DNA of 64,000 nucleotides, from the IMG/VR virus record IMGVR_UViG_3300032282_001282, positions 22,284-86,283 of that record; one strand, given 5' to 3'. Positions within the stretch are counted from its first letter, which is position 1. Each line of letters opens with the position of its first letter. The notes under the pieces were generated by a model that had not been told where the DNA came from, ran no database searches, and worked only from the letters and a program-made list of their open reading frames with translations. Source of the stretch: a virus. Both the position numbers and the translations under genes were made by a program. This document shows positions 29,324-38,821 of this stretch, piece after piece.

Positions 29324-30103
29324 TTAACTACTACTATAACTAGCTTTTAATGTATTTTCTAGTTTAGTTGTATCAGCACAAGTATAGGCTTGGTAACTGT
29401 TTTTTAGTTCGGCGGGCATTGGAACAACATCAATGGGTACATCAAATAATTGAGCTACACTATAAAAACTTCTTGGTTGACCAGTACCTACGTTCCATAC
29501 TCCGGACTCTTTAACGTTTAAAAACTTCATGTGCGTATCTACAACACGACCAACGTGAATAAAATCTCTACAGTATTTTTCACTGTTTTCAAAAACTTCA
29601 ATTCGACCTAGAGTCTTGGCCTGCTGTTGGAATTGCATAAAAGGACTTGCTTGGTTGCCTTTGTGTTCTTCGCCGTTGGGACCATAGACATTAAAGTATC
29701 GAAACCCTTGTGCTGTAAAACTACTAGGATTGTTTTGCACATAGCGTTCAAACAAATACTTTGACCAAGCATAAGGTGTGCGTGGATCAACAGGAGCATC
29801 TTCTTTAAAAGTACTTACTAGACCGTAGACGCTTGCAGAGCTTGCATATTGAAATTTTACTCTAACACTTTTACAATCTTCGTAAAGCTGAATACTAAAA
29901 TCTAAATTTTGTCTAAGTACTTTTTCAATGTCACGCTCAGTAGTGCTACTAATAGCACCAAGGTGTATACACCAGTTGTGTCCTGATATTTGTGGATAAG
30001 GATCTCCCCACTCGTATGTAGTAACTTCGTGACCTTCGGCTTGCAGTCTAAGTAACATATGGCCACCAATGAAACCACGGTGGCCTGTTAATAAAATTTT
30101 CAT
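29324..30103 (-). CDS. hldD: ADP-L-glycero-D-manno-heptose 6-epimerase-like SDR
   Basis: TG..GFIG; HLGAISSTTE; YASSASVYG; YAWSK; RYFNVYGP..EHKG; RDFI; YQ.YTCAD. Confidence 0.8.
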   Translation of the reverse strand: MKILLTGHRGFIGGHMLLRLQAEGHEVTTYEWGDPYPQISGHNWCIHLGAISSTTERDIEKVLRQNLDFSIQLYEDCKSVRVKFQYASSASVYGLVSTFKEDAPVDPRTPYAWSKYLFERYVQNNPSSFTAQGFRYFNVYGPNGEEHKGNQASPFMQFQQQAKTLGRIEVFENSEKYCRDFIHVGRVVDTHMKFLNVKESGVWNVGTGQPRSFYSVAQLFDVPIDVVPMPAELKNSYQAYTCADTTKLENTLKASYSSS

Positions 30104-30459
30104 CGCTGACTATCGCCCTTGCCTACTCGGTAATTGTCCTCTACAGAGTCTGGCGTAGAAACTTCAATAACTGTACCTGCTTTAATACATTCTAATTGAT
30201 GCGGCATACAAGGAGTATTATGCCAAGTATCGCCTTCATTTAATTCTACTTCATAAACCGAAGCATCCTTGGTATCAATATGTCGGACAATAAATTTACC
30301 CGATTGTATATACCAAGTTTCTTCTTTGTCTTTATGGAAGTGCATACTAAATTTACAACCTGTTTCAAAGTTCATAAACTTGCCGCAATATTTGTCGTTA
30401 GTGGCCCAGATAAATTCTGAACCCCACCCCTTTGGTACTAAACCTTTTAATTTTGTCAT
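30100..30459 (-). CDS. cupin (sugar isomerase-like)
   Basis: KGWG.E; SMHFH..K.ETW; PHQL; EVST. Confidence 0.75.
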   Translation of the reverse strand: MTKLKGLVPKGWGSEFIWATNDKYCGKFMNFETGCKFSMHFHKDKEETWYIQSGKFIVRHIDTKDASVYEVELNEGDTWHNTPCMPHQLECIKAGTVIEVSTPDSVEDNYRVGKGDSQR

Positions 30460-31208
30460 TTGATTTCCTCTAAAGTAGGCGCATAGTTTCCTAGGTGCTG
30501 TACTGTAACTGCACTGGCACGTATAGCAAACTCAATTGCCTGTTCCATATTTTTTGTATTTAGATATTCATATGTAAGGGCAGACAAGAATGTATCTCCT
30601 GCGCCACATACATCGGCAACTTCAACGGGTTCAGCGTCAAAGTCAAAGCCATTCCAAAAAGCACCTTCAGCACCCATTGTAATAATTAGGTACCCGGGGT
30701 CTGGAACGCTTGTAACAAGACCTGCTTCTAGTTGGTTGATTTTAATATAGCAACCATTGATAGATTTTAAGTCTGTTTTCTTAGTGTCAACAAATATAGG
30801 GCCAACAAATTCCTTACGCAATTCTTCTATTAATTCGTAACTAACTGTGCCCTTATTATAATCGCTAATAACTATAGCATCGTAGATGTCGGGGATTTCG
30901 CTGGCAAAACTAAGCGGACTAGATACTTGATCATCGTCAATGCGAACTATATGTTGTTTGCTACGACTATCAATCAGTCTAGTCTTAGTAGATGTTTTAC
31001 CATGTAGGAAGTTTACATTACATCCAAGTGCTACTAGGTTAGCATATACATTACCAGCCATACCAGGCTTAGAGTCTGTGCCGCGTGGTACAAACACCGG
31101 TACAGGTGCTTCGGGACTAACACGATCTACAGTACCGTACTGATATACGTCTGTGCAGTTATCCCCGATTAATAATATGTTGAATTTTTTTTGTGCTTGA
31201 GTACTCAT
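30456..31208 (-). CDS. heptose-7-phosphate kinase (RfaE domain I/HldA-like, PfkB family)
   Basis: RVSPEAPVPV; G.AGNV; ISDYNKG; DVCGAGDTF. Confidence 0.85.
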   Translation of the reverse strand: MSTQAQKKFNILLIGDNCTDVYQYGTVDRVSPEAPVPVFVPRGTDSKPGMAGNVYANLVALGCNVNFLHGKTSTKTRLIDSRSKQHIVRIDDDQVSSPLSFASEIPDIYDAIVISDYNKGTVSYELIEELRKEFVGPIFVDTKKTDLKSINGCYIKINQLEAGLVTSVPDPGYLIITMGAEGAFWNGFDFDAEPVEVADVCGAGDTFLSALTYEYLNTKNMEQAIEFAIRASAVTVQHLGNYAPTLEEIK

Positions 31209-31581
31209 CGATTCTTTCAAAAAATACAATTTGTGGGCATACCTCTTCCCCCACTATAGGCTTTCCTCGATAGTCACTACCTTTAACCATTATACTACAG
31301 TTCTTGATAATGTCAACTAGCTCTGCGTCGGTGCCAAAAATTTTAACTTCGTCAACAGAACGCAAATTTTCTAATAGAGTTTTTCTTTCTACTTCATTGT
31401 TAACTGGCCGTGAGGGACCTTTTAGACTGCGTACACGGCTATCGGAATCAATGGCTACAACTAGATAATCACCAAGGGATTTAGCATAATTTAATAATGC
31501 TAAGTGCCCGAGGTGCAATACATCAAAGGTACCATTTACTACTATTTTGACTGCTCTGCTAATTCTTTGTACCCTGCCCAA
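31159..31581 (-). CDS. heptose-1-phosphate adenylyltransferase (RfaE domain II/HldC-like)
   Basis: NGTFDVLHLGH; SDS.V..LKGP.RPVN; VKGSDY; YSSTK. Confidence 0.85.
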   Translation of the reverse strand: MGRVQRISRAVKIVVNGTFDVLHLGHLALLNYAKSLGDYLVVAIDSDSRVRSLKGPSRPVNNEVERKTLLENLRSVDEVKIFGTDAELVDIIKNCSIMVKGSDYRGKPIVGEEVCPQIVFFERIDEYSSTKKIQHIINRG

Positions 31582-31940
31582 CTTGGGTGAATGCCATCTG
31601 GCTGTAGTTGCTTAATTGGCAATACTACATCGCCATAATATGCGGCTACCTTTTTAACTGTTTCTTGGATGTCGGGTTTAATAGCCGGCAAAATCCAATA
31701 GACCCTTTCAGCTTTAGTCAGCTGACGAATAGTGCGTAATTCTGTTTCAGTCTTAACATACTTGTGATCATTTGATCCTAGACTAATAATAACAGTCTTA
31801 GCTTCGTACGGTGCTTTGTCAACGTTCTTATTAACCCATTGATAACTATTGATTCCGCCCTTGGCAATTACACTACATTCTTTTTTAAACTGATGGGTAC
31901 CAACAGCAATACTGTCGCCCATTATTAAACACTCTAACAT
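31542..31940 (-). CDS. SGNH/GDSL hydrolase
   Basis: GDSI; LGSND; DGIHP..AGY. Confidence 0.8.
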   Translation of the reverse strand: MLECLIMGDSIAVGTHQFKKECSVIAKGGINSYQWVNKNVDKAPYEAKTVIISLGSNDHKYVKTETELRTIRQLTKAERVYWILPAIKPDIQETVKKVAAYYGDVVLPIKQLQPDGIHPSWAGYKELAEQSK

Positions 31941-31973
31941 TATACGTAACTTTCTTCAATTTGATGTAATAAT

Positions 31974-32002
31974 AGTATATAGTAACTTGACAAAATAGTC
32001 AA
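31974..32002 (-). promoter_or_regulatory. sigma70-type promoter upstream of the SGNH/heptose operon
   Basis: TTGACT-N17-TATACT. Confidence 0.6.
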
Positions 32003-32196
32003 GAAAAAACCTGAGGTTTTATCCCCAGGTTTCTTCATACTTCATAAGTGCTAACTGTCTAGCTAACCATAATCTAAATTTTACACGATCCGATAATTCA
32101 ATGTCCTCTTGGACTAGCTTACCAAAATCTTTACTTCTTAGATTACGACCAAAGGTGACATCATCATCGACAATAATGTCATCATTGTCTTCTAGA

Positions 32197-32421
32197 TTAC
32201 TTAGCGGCCGGCTTAGCTTCAGCCTTAGGTGCGTCTTTCTTAACAGAGTTGCTTTTTGTGGCATCTTCTGCTTTTTTGTGCTCCTTCTTGGCTTCTGGTT
32301 TAACTTCTGCCTTAGCTGGTGCTGAAGCGGCAGGCGCAGGATTTGCAGGAGCCTTGGCAGGTTCTGCGGCAAATGCTGTTAGTGCCAATGCTGAAACGAT
32401 GGTTGCGATAAGTGCTTTCAT
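32197..32421 (-). CDS. small secreted Ala/Lys/Pro-rich protein (acid-shock-protein-like composition)
   Basis: Signal peptide ending in AFA; PAKA repeats; SD AAGGA. Confidence 0.7.
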   Translation of the reverse strand: MKALIATIVSALALTAFAAEPAKAPANPAPAASAPAKAEVKPEAKKEHKKAEDATKSNSVKKDAPKAEAKPAAK

Positions 32422-32468
32422 TTTGAATTTCCTTTTAGGTTATACACAATTCTCACTGTGTACATATA

Positions 32469-32498
32469 TAACGCATGGACCAACTGGTTAGTTGACAG
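32469..32498 (-). promoter_or_regulatory. ECF-sigma-like promoter
   Basis: CTGTCAACTAA-N12-TGCGTTA, matching 13431..13460. Confidence 0.55.
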
Positions 32499-32510
32499 CG
32501 TTATATAAAA

Positions 32511-33341
32511 TTATACATCAAAACTAAAACTTGGATCAAATTGTTCAGCACGATCTTCGTAGTACTTGTAACCACGTGGGTTGCAAAGAACACGAGTTGA
32601 ACCAAGCATATAATCAAACGTATCGTGAGTATGTCCGTGAGTCCACACTTTAATCTGTGGGTTATCCAGGATAAACTCGCTTAGGTCCGAACTGTAGCCA
32701 CCATTGGTTAAATGGTCACCTTGGTAACGTGGTTTGATACTGACCTTGCTAGGTGCATGGTGTGTTACTACCACAAACTTACGATCTACTTTACCTTCAA
32801 CAGTTTCGCGAATAAAGTTACGGGTTTTCCAATGATCTTCCTCAGTGCGTTCTGGAGTAAGACGGTGGTACACCGACTTAGCTTCGTTAAACATAGTTAC
32901 TTGACGATAGTCGTTCATGTAGTTTTGCAAATGAAAGCGAGTATGCGGATCACCCTTGTTCATATCAGTCCACAATGTTCCGCCAACAAAAGTAACATCT
33001 TCTAGATCGTAAGTTTCGTTTTCTAGTAGATGTATGTTGCTAGGCAACTGCTCTTTGATATGATTGTAGGTCTTTTGGTATTGGAAACCATAGTGTTCGT
33101 GGTTACCCATAACATAAATGACTTCTTTATACTTGCTACATTCTTCCTCAAGGAAGCGAAAGAAACGATCAGGTCGTTGATCGGTACGCTCGTGCTCAAG
33201 CAAGACCATGTCCCGATTGTACATTTCTTTTTTGATACGTTTTGCTTCGCACACATCACCAGACAAGATTAAGACATCGCCACCGGGCAATGTAAGGTCC
33301 GCAAATTCGAGATGCAAGTCCGACATTAAATTGATACGCAT
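32511..33341 (-). CDS. calcineurin-like metallophosphoesterase
   Basis: SDLHLE; GD; GNHE; THH.P; HGHTH. Confidence 0.9.
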   Translation of the reverse strand: MRINLMSDLHLEFADLTLPGGDVLILSGDVCEAKRIKKEMYNRDMVLLEHERTDQRPDRFFRFLEEECSKYKEVIYVMGNHEHYGFQYQKTYNHIKEQLPSNIHLLENETYDLEDVTFVGGTLWTDMNKGDPHTRFHLQNYMNDYRQVTMFNEAKSVYHRLTPERTEEDHWKTRNFIRETVEGKVDRKFVVVTHHAPSKVSIKPRYQGDHLTNGGYSSDLSEFILDNPQIKVWTHGHTHDTFDYMLGSTRVLCNPRGYKYYEDRAEQFDPSFSFDV

Positions 33342-33342
33342 T

Positions 33343-34020
33343 TTAGTCCCATAGATTTTGATAATATTTTCCAAACAACACGAAGCCGTTTTGGATACGC
33401 TTTTGTACTTTTTCGATGCCTTTCCAATCGTACTTTAAAGTATGATTAGGTCCGTCTTGCATCTGGAACATAGTGGCCTTACCGTTCTCATCCCACTCGC
33501 AGGCTACAGTTTTATAGTCTGCTACACCAGAACGATATGCTTCTTGCCAGTCATCGTTGAGCTTGTGTTCAAACGCAAAGATCATTTCGTCTAGTACCCA
33601 ATCCCAACGCTTAAAGTGATTAGCATCGGTGTCCCACTCGTTTTCCTTAGGAGGTGCTTCTGTGCTACGCAGGCCTAGCCCTTTAGGAACATCCTTGTCA
33701 TCAACGTGAGGTGCACCATGTTTGGTTTCCTTTAGCTGTTTTAGCATAGGTAGTGCAATTTGTCCTAGAGTATGATCCATTGACCAAGTATCGTAACGAT
33801 CAATTTTAACATAGTCAATCTTTGGGTGTACAAAGTCTAAAAACTTTTGCAACGCAGAGCAAATAGGATTTAAGCGATCAACCCACTTGGTATACGTGTG
33901 GTTAGGTTTGTCTTCGTGGTTATAAAAGACGTCATCATCTTTTTCCCAGAAGCAAACTTTCTTTAGAATAGTATATGGTGACAGCCAATGATCACGATAA
34001 TTCGAGAAATAGACTTTCAT
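33343..34020 (-). CDS. conserved phage hypothetical protein
   Basis: DTWSMD.TL; W.WVLDEMI.AF; G..LFGKYY..LWD. Confidence 0.65.
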   Translation of the reverse strand: MKVYFSNYRDHWLSPYTILKKVCFWEKDDDVFYNHEDKPNHTYTKWVDRLNPICSALQKFLDFVHPKIDYVKIDRYDTWSMDHTLGQIALPMLKQLKETKHGAPHVDDKDVPKGLGLRSTEAPPKENEWDTDANHFKRWDWVLDEMIFAFEHKLNDDWQEAYRSGVADYKTVACEWDENGKATMFQMQDGPNHTLKYDWKGIEKVQKRIQNGFVLFGKYYQNLWD

Positions 34021-34072
34021 TGAAATTCCTTAGTTGACAATATGTTATTATATGATATTTTGAATTACTTGT

Positions 34073-34465
34073 CTACGGTAATTCAACAAATCTTCTAGTT
34101 GTTAGCAACCATCCAATTTGTCCAAAATCAGTTTCGATTTCTTCGGTAACGTAACTTTCTTCAACAAAACCTGCAAAGTCTATGCCTTTGAATCCGGTAC
34201 CTGAGCAGTACCAATCTATGTAACTTTCGTCTTCTCGAATTTCAGAAACTAGATCTGCCGCATAACGCCAATTACAGTCCCACGTAATGTTTTTGAGTAT
34301 TCCCCAGACATCTTTGGGTACGTAAGAGTTGTTACACAATGCCGCATACAAATTTTGAGCGTAAATTTCACGCTTACGAACTTTTGTTGTTATCCAGTCC
34401 GTACCCCGTATATCTCGCTCTAAGTTAAAAACTTTGCGTGGCATAATACTATTTAAGCCATGCAA
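34073..34465 (-). CDS. hypothetical protein, paralog of 35739..36122
   Basis: YAQNLYAALCN...W.C.WR.A...Y.DWYCSG. Confidence 0.65.
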   Translation of the reverse strand: MHGLNSIMPRKVFNLERDIRGTDWITTKVRKREIYAQNLYAALCNNSYVPKDVWGILKNITWDCNWRYAADLVSEIREDESYIDWYCSGTGFKGIDFAGFVEESYVTEEIETDFGQIGWLLTTRRFVELP

Positions 34466-34470
34466 AACAA

Positions 34471-34494
34471 AAAAGGCGCACTAGGCGCCTTTTT
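34471..34494. terminator. bidirectional intrinsic terminator
   Basis: aaaaggcgc-acta-ggcgcctttt, flanked by A/T tracts. Confidence 0.65.
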
Positions 34495-34511
34495 GACAGT
34501 ATTTAAACTGA

Positions 34512-34805
34512 TTAGGCTACTAGGCCAGCTGCCATTGCTTTGTAAGCGATAGCAACCATTTTACGGCTAGCTTCACCATGGCGATACTCAGTTACTTTAA
34601 CGCCATTGCCAGCAGTACGTTGGTTGCCATAGATAGCATAACCACGGGCACGGATGTCGCTAATAGTAGCGGTTGGGTTCTTGATACCAAAACGCTTAGA
34701 AATTTGAGCTGGGCTCAAAGTTTCGCGATTGATTACCAATGCCTGGAACAATTTACCTTGCTTAGTTTTAAGATCAAACTTCTTTAGTTTTACAGAAATA
34801 GACAT
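34512..34805 (-). CDS. winged helix-turn-helix DNA-binding protein
   Basis: LSPAQISKRFGIKNPTATISDIRARGYAI. Confidence 0.65.
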   Translation of the reverse strand: MSISVKLKKFDLKTKQGKLFQALVINRETLSPAQISKRFGIKNPTATISDIRARGYAIYGNQRTAGNGVKVTEYRHGEASRKMVAIAYKAMAAGLVA

Positions 34806-34889
34806 GATGTCTCCTTTTAAGTTAATACGCTGTCATCAACAGCATTTACGTATTATGCACGAATTTTTTGCATTGTGCAACAACTATTT

Positions 34890-35501
34890 TTACCGAACCT
34901 TAATACCTTTACCCAGAATTGTACCATAAATGGGTGCTTCGTGTGTAAACAATACTTCAAACCCGTGATTCAGTAAAAACGGAACTGCCGCACCCGACTT
35001 TCCTGTGTAGTGCCCAAAATAAGGATTGTACCAAGTATCATCGCATATGACAATACTTACAGGAGCCAAGGCCTTCAAGGCCAACTCGGCCTGCCGCAAA
35101 TGGGCACGTTGGCTATTAACATTATTCATTTCTAAACCCAGTTCAGAATAACGTTGTTTTTGTTCTTCAATGAAATCAATTTTTTTGTCTGGGTGCCAAT
35201 CCCAATCAAAATTGTCTAAGTACAATAGACTAATAAAACCAATGTGTGCAGGAAACTGCTGTAAGAAGTCTTCGCCTGTGCTGTTTACAACATCAACTGT
35301 GGGCAAGTCTAACAAGCGAATGATATCACAGTGATGTGGGTCAACATCGACTGTAGTCAAAAACCTTCCACGCATTTCGCCCCATTTGGCCAGCACTTGT
35401 GTACTGCCGTCATCACCTGACCGTCCTGTGCCAATCTCTACCCAGACGCCTTTGGTTAATTGATCTAGGTATTGTTCTGCGTGTTTAAATACCTGGCCCA
35501 T
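34890..35501 (-). CDS. class I SAM-dependent methyltransferase
   Basis: WVEIGT; TVDVD; LLYLD; ICDD. Confidence 0.65.
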   Translation of the reverse strand: MGQVFKHAEQYLDQLTKGVWVEIGTGRSGDDGSTQVLAKWGEMRGRFLTTVDVDPHHCDIIRLLDLPTVDVVNSTGEDFLQQFPAHIGFISLLYLDNFDWDWHPDKKIDFIEEQKQRYSELGLEMNNVNSQRAHLRQAELALKALAPVSIVICDDTWYNPYFGHYTGKSGAAVPFLLNHGFEVLFTHEAPIYGTILGKGIKVR

Positions 35502-35749
35502 TACTTTTTAAGTTCTTCTAGTACCAGTCGTTTGCTACGTTCAACATCTTCGTCGGCCATTGCTTTAATAAAGCGGCCGCCAAAAATATTAACTAGATCT
35601 AATACAGCTTCTTTGCCTTGATCAGTTAAATGACAATAATCATGACCCACATTTGAATGATAAAAATACTTTGAATCTTGTAGTAACTCTTTGATACTGC
35701 CAACCATCATTTTTTCAACATCGTTTGATCGCATACGTTTAATCCTCAT
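35501..35749 (-). CDS. hypothetical protein
   Basis: ORF; start chosen at MRIKR. Confidence 0.5.
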   Translation of the reverse strand: MRIKRMRSNDVEKMMVGSIKELLQDSKYFYHSNVGHDYCHLTDQGKEAVLDLVNIFGGRFIKAMADEDVERSKRLVLEELKK

Positions 35750-36122
35750 CCTTAGGCCACTCACTTGGATGCCAACCCAGAGTTGCAAAATCTTTAAGTA
35801 TTTCATCTGTTACAGTTCCTTCGCCCACATAGCCCTTGGTGCCACTTTCATCACCATTGCCTAATCCACTGCCCATTCCCGAGCAGTACCAATCCATGTA
35901 GTCTCCTCCACGGCCCTGAAATTGTGCCACAATACCACCAGCACTACGCCAACTACATGACCAGTAGTCATCTTTAAGTACTGGCCACACTTCAGCTTTT
36001 TGCCAGCGTATGTTGCACATGGACGCATATACGTTCTGTGCGTAGGTTTCGCTGGATCTTATTTTATCTAAAAACCATTGACAGTTACTTAGATCTTTAA
36101 ATAAATCTTGTTGCTCTTGCAT
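35739..36122 (-). CDS. hypothetical protein, paralog of 34073..34465
   Basis: YAQNVYASMCN...WSCSWRSAGG...YMDWYCSG. Confidence 0.65.
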   Translation of the reverse strand: MQEQQDLFKDLSNCQWFLDKIRSSETYAQNVYASMCNIRWQKAEVWPVLKDDYWSCSWRSAGGIVAQFQGRGGDYMDWYCSGMGSGLGNGDESGTKGYVGEGTVTDEILKDFATLGWHPSEWPKDED

Positions 36123-36295
36123 TAATCAATTACTTTACTAACTACAATACGACCTTGTTCTACTTGCCAAAGCAGAGTATCGCCTTCACGCCAACCAGCA
36201 TGAATTAAAACATCGTCCGGCAATGGCAAAATTAGATCTCCAGTTTCGGGATCTTCTTCGACTGTAACAGTCCATGCTCGTTCATTATTTTCCAT
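36122..36295 (-). CDS. AbrB/MazE/SpoVT-like small DNA-binding protein (57 aa)
   Basis: Not in the ORF track. MENNERAWTVTVEEDPETGDLILPLPDDVLIHAGWREGDTLLWQVEQGRIVVSKVID. Confidence 0.65.
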   Translation of the reverse strand: MENNERAWTVTVEEDPETGDLILPLPDDVLIHAGWREGDTLLWQVEQGRIVVSKVID

Positions 36296-36590
36296 CAATA
36301 ACCTTTATCTCTAGTACATTGGCGACTCGAAAGCTACGCCATTCGTTTTTATCCAGGCAAAACACACTTAAAGTTTCGGGCTTGTATAAACGAGTTTGGT
36401 GAAACTCGTTGGCATCACGCTGTGGCATTGCCGCTTCACGTAGAGTGCAGGGCATAGTGCGTACAGTACCATCTACTTTAGTAAATGTTACTTCGCAGTC
36501 GTGTTCGTGTAGCAAATGACGCAGTTCTCTATTTCTAGAATCTAGATCTAAAAAATCAGCAGGCTCGTTGTATCTGATACCGTATGTCAT
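36285..36590 (-). CDS. WYL-like/SH3 beta-barrel protein
   Basis: VTFTKVDG..R.M.CT...D..EWRSFR..NV. Confidence 0.65.
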   Translation of the reverse strand: MTYGIRYNEPADFLDLDSRNRELRHLLHEHDCEVTFTKVDGTVRTMPCTLREAAMPQRDANEFHQTRLYKPETLSVFCLDKNEWRSFRVANVLEIKVIDGK

Positions 36591-36754
36591 TATTCTTCCT
36601 TGCCGCGACTACGACTTCCTTTAACACGGGCCGCAAGTTCTTCAACTCTAACATGGTCCTTGATAAACTGACGTCGATGTTGCGGGTTCATAATTGTTGC
36701 CGCAATACGTTTAACTGATTTTGAAATTTTTACAGCACGTGGATCATACGACAT
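36590..36754 (-). CDS. small basic hypothetical protein
   Basis: Probable start MSYDPRAVKISKSVKR. Confidence 0.5.
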   Translation of the reverse strand: MSYDPRAVKISKSVKRIAATIMNPQHRRQFIKDHVRVEELAARVKGSRSRGKEE

Positions 36755-36992
36755 TGCGAATCCTTTCTTCATCTTTTGAGTGCATTCTACCCGGCTCTCT
36801 ATTAGTATAAAACTTTTCATCAGGAATTGCAACCACCATAATTTGATCCATTGTATTGCAATATGGGTCAAGTGGATTAGCATACTTAATAATAGCACAC
36901 TTAGTTTCTTCACCTTCTTCAAATCGTTCTAGCTTAGCCAATAGGGTAAGTAGGTTACGCTTTGACAGATAAATTCTTTCTTCAGGGTACAT
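36744..36992 (-). CDS. hypothetical protein
   Basis: ORF with SD upstream. Confidence 0.55.
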   Translation of the reverse strand: MYPEERIYLSKRNLLTLLAKLERFEEGEETKCAIIKYANPLDPYCNTMDQIMVVAIPDEKFYTNREPGRMHSKDEERIRNVV

Positions 36993-37178
36993 AATAGTCC
37001 TTAAATTACTGGTACATTACTGCTGGTTAAATGTATAAACAACAATACCGTTATTGCAACACAAAAAACACAGTCAATCATACAACGAGTCCAATCAATA
37101 GGCCGAGGCCAAATGACATAATACATACCCACATTAGTGCAAGTGGGTACCAAATATGATGCTCTAAGATTTTTTTAA

Positions 37179-38489
37179 TCAAATCTTTTCGCCTGCTTCA
37201 AATCCACGGAAGCCTTTAAAGCGGGGGAACCTTAGACTGTACGATCCGTCTTGGTTTTGTGTAACAGCGTCTGCACGTACTTCGACAATATTACCAACAA
37301 GGTTATCCCGACTGGCCCAATAAGTAATGCGATTATCATCTGTAAGTCCGCTTCCGACATTGGTGCGAATAAGTTTACCATCATCCATTCCTTCGACAAT
37401 TAATGCACCCAGTCGGCCTACGTTCTTACCTGTACCTTCTTCAGTGCCTACTACAGTTAGTGAAACTTCAATAAAGGGTTTAAGTTTAAGCCATGCCACG
37501 CTACGCTTACATTCGTAAATAGCATCAGGATCTTTGATCATAATACCTTCGTAGCCACCGGCAACTGCCTGTGCGTTAATCATTTTAAATCGTTCTTGGC
37601 CTTTAATAGTGTCAAGGTCAACAAGTTCTTGTCCCAGCACACTGACGTTGGGCATAAACTCTTTAAGGGGGTCATACCAAATCTTTAGTGCATTACTACG
37701 TTCACGCTGGCTAACATGACCAATGCCTTCTTTAAACTCACGCAAAGTAATGATATCAAACAAATTAAGTACAGCATCATTGGCATTGACATCACTCTTA
37801 CGATGCACCTGACGCATAAGGTCTTGGAAACTGCTAGACATTACTTCGCCGTCAAATACCATTGGCTCTTGCAAGTATTTGGCATGACGTGCAAACTGAT
37901 CTTTGATGTGCGGAAAGTTTACCAGTTCCTTACCATTTCGACTATACTGATCAACATGGCCACTAGGAAAAACGATAGTGATAACCCGTACCCCATCAAG
38001 TTTAACTTCCACCAATCTGGATCCTTGTACTTTACTTTCATGATTTGCACTATCATGTGCAAGCTGGCAACTAAAGACAGGAATAACAAAATTTGCATTG
38101 ATTTTCTCCACCATCTTGTTAATGGTTTTTTCACTTACACCACAACGTAGGTCTTTAATAAGAATAAGTCTGTACCACTTATTCCATTCGTCCTCACGAG
38201 CATTTAGACGCAAAAAGTTTACAGCAGTACGAGCCGCATCGCCGGTAAGTTCACGCTTGCTCAATTGTTCAGCAATACGCCAAAAGTTATCGGGACTAAT
38301 ACCTTTACCGTTGCCGGACTTTTCTTCTACTTGTTTAATACCAAAAGTAATCATAGAGTCCAATGCGGCACGGGCACCGCGGAAGAACTCAACATTGTTG
38401 GCTTGAGCTTCACGCTCAACAACAGATTCTTTGAACAAGCGACTGTTATCGCTTTCAAGTTCTTGTACAACTTCCCAGGGTTTCAGCAT
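37179..38489 (-). CDS. lig: ATP-dependent DNA ligase
   Basis: KLDGVR motif I; FDGE; EGIMIK; WLKLKP; VGSG; SLRFPRF. Confidence 0.95.
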   Translation of the reverse strand: MLKPWEVVQELESDNSRLFKESVVEREAQANNVEFFRGARAALDSMITFGIKQVEEKSGNGKGISPDNFWRIAEQLSKRELTGDAARTAVNFLRLNAREDEWNKWYRLILIKDLRCGVSEKTINKMVEKINANFVIPVFSCQLAHDSANHESKVQGSRLVEVKLDGVRVITIVFPSGHVDQYSRNGKELVNFPHIKDQFARHAKYLQEPMVFDGEVMSSSFQDLMRQVHRKSDVNANDAVLNLFDIITLREFKEGIGHVSQRERSNALKIWYDPLKEFMPNVSVLGQELVDLDTIKGQERFKMINAQAVAGGYEGIMIKDPDAIYECKRSVAWLKLKPFIEVSLTVVGTEEGTGKNVGRLGALIVEGMDDGKLIRTNVGSGLTDDNRITYWASRDNLVGNIVEVRADAVTQNQDGSYSLRFPRFKGFRGFEAGEKI

Positions 38490-38514
38490 TGGAGCTCCTA
38501 ATTAATATACAGTT

Positions 38515-38543
38515 ATTATAGCATTATGAACAATACGGGTCAA
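38515..38543 (-). promoter_or_regulatory. sigma70-type promoter for the ligase
   Basis: TTGACC-N17-TATAAT with extended TG. Confidence 0.7.
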
Positions 38544-38821
38544 GCAGATAGCATGGCCCACATTGTGGTTTGTTCCAAATCTTTTTCAAACTCTGGATAG
38601 ACTTGGTCCAAATTATTTTTGTCTACTTTACGATATCCTTTATCGGATTTTTTATAAATCAACTTATCAAGGTCTCGTGAAGTTCCGGTGAATGCTTTGG
38701 TTTGCAATTTCTTACCACGTCTACCCCAAACGGTAGTGTAGTTATTCTTACCTAGTTCAAGTACAATCCACACTTTGTCGTGGTTGTCTTCTTTGCACCA
38801 ACCAATCCAACGATAGTCCAT
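38540..38821 (-). CDS. WGR-domain protein
   Basis: HDKVW...WGRRG...KKSDKGY. Confidence 0.7.
   Translation of the reverse strand: MDYRWIGWCKEDNHDKVWIVLELGKNNYTTVWGRRGKKLQTKAFTGTSRDLDKLIYKKSDKGYRKVDKNNLDQVYPEFEKDLEQTTMWAMLSA

Noticed and set aside
32019-32372. 117-aa ORF overlapping the secreted Ala/Lys-rich gene
   Set aside because: The N-terminal half is an alternate frame of 32197..32421. The C-terminal ~55 codons look protein-like but have no clear start, so it is left uncalled
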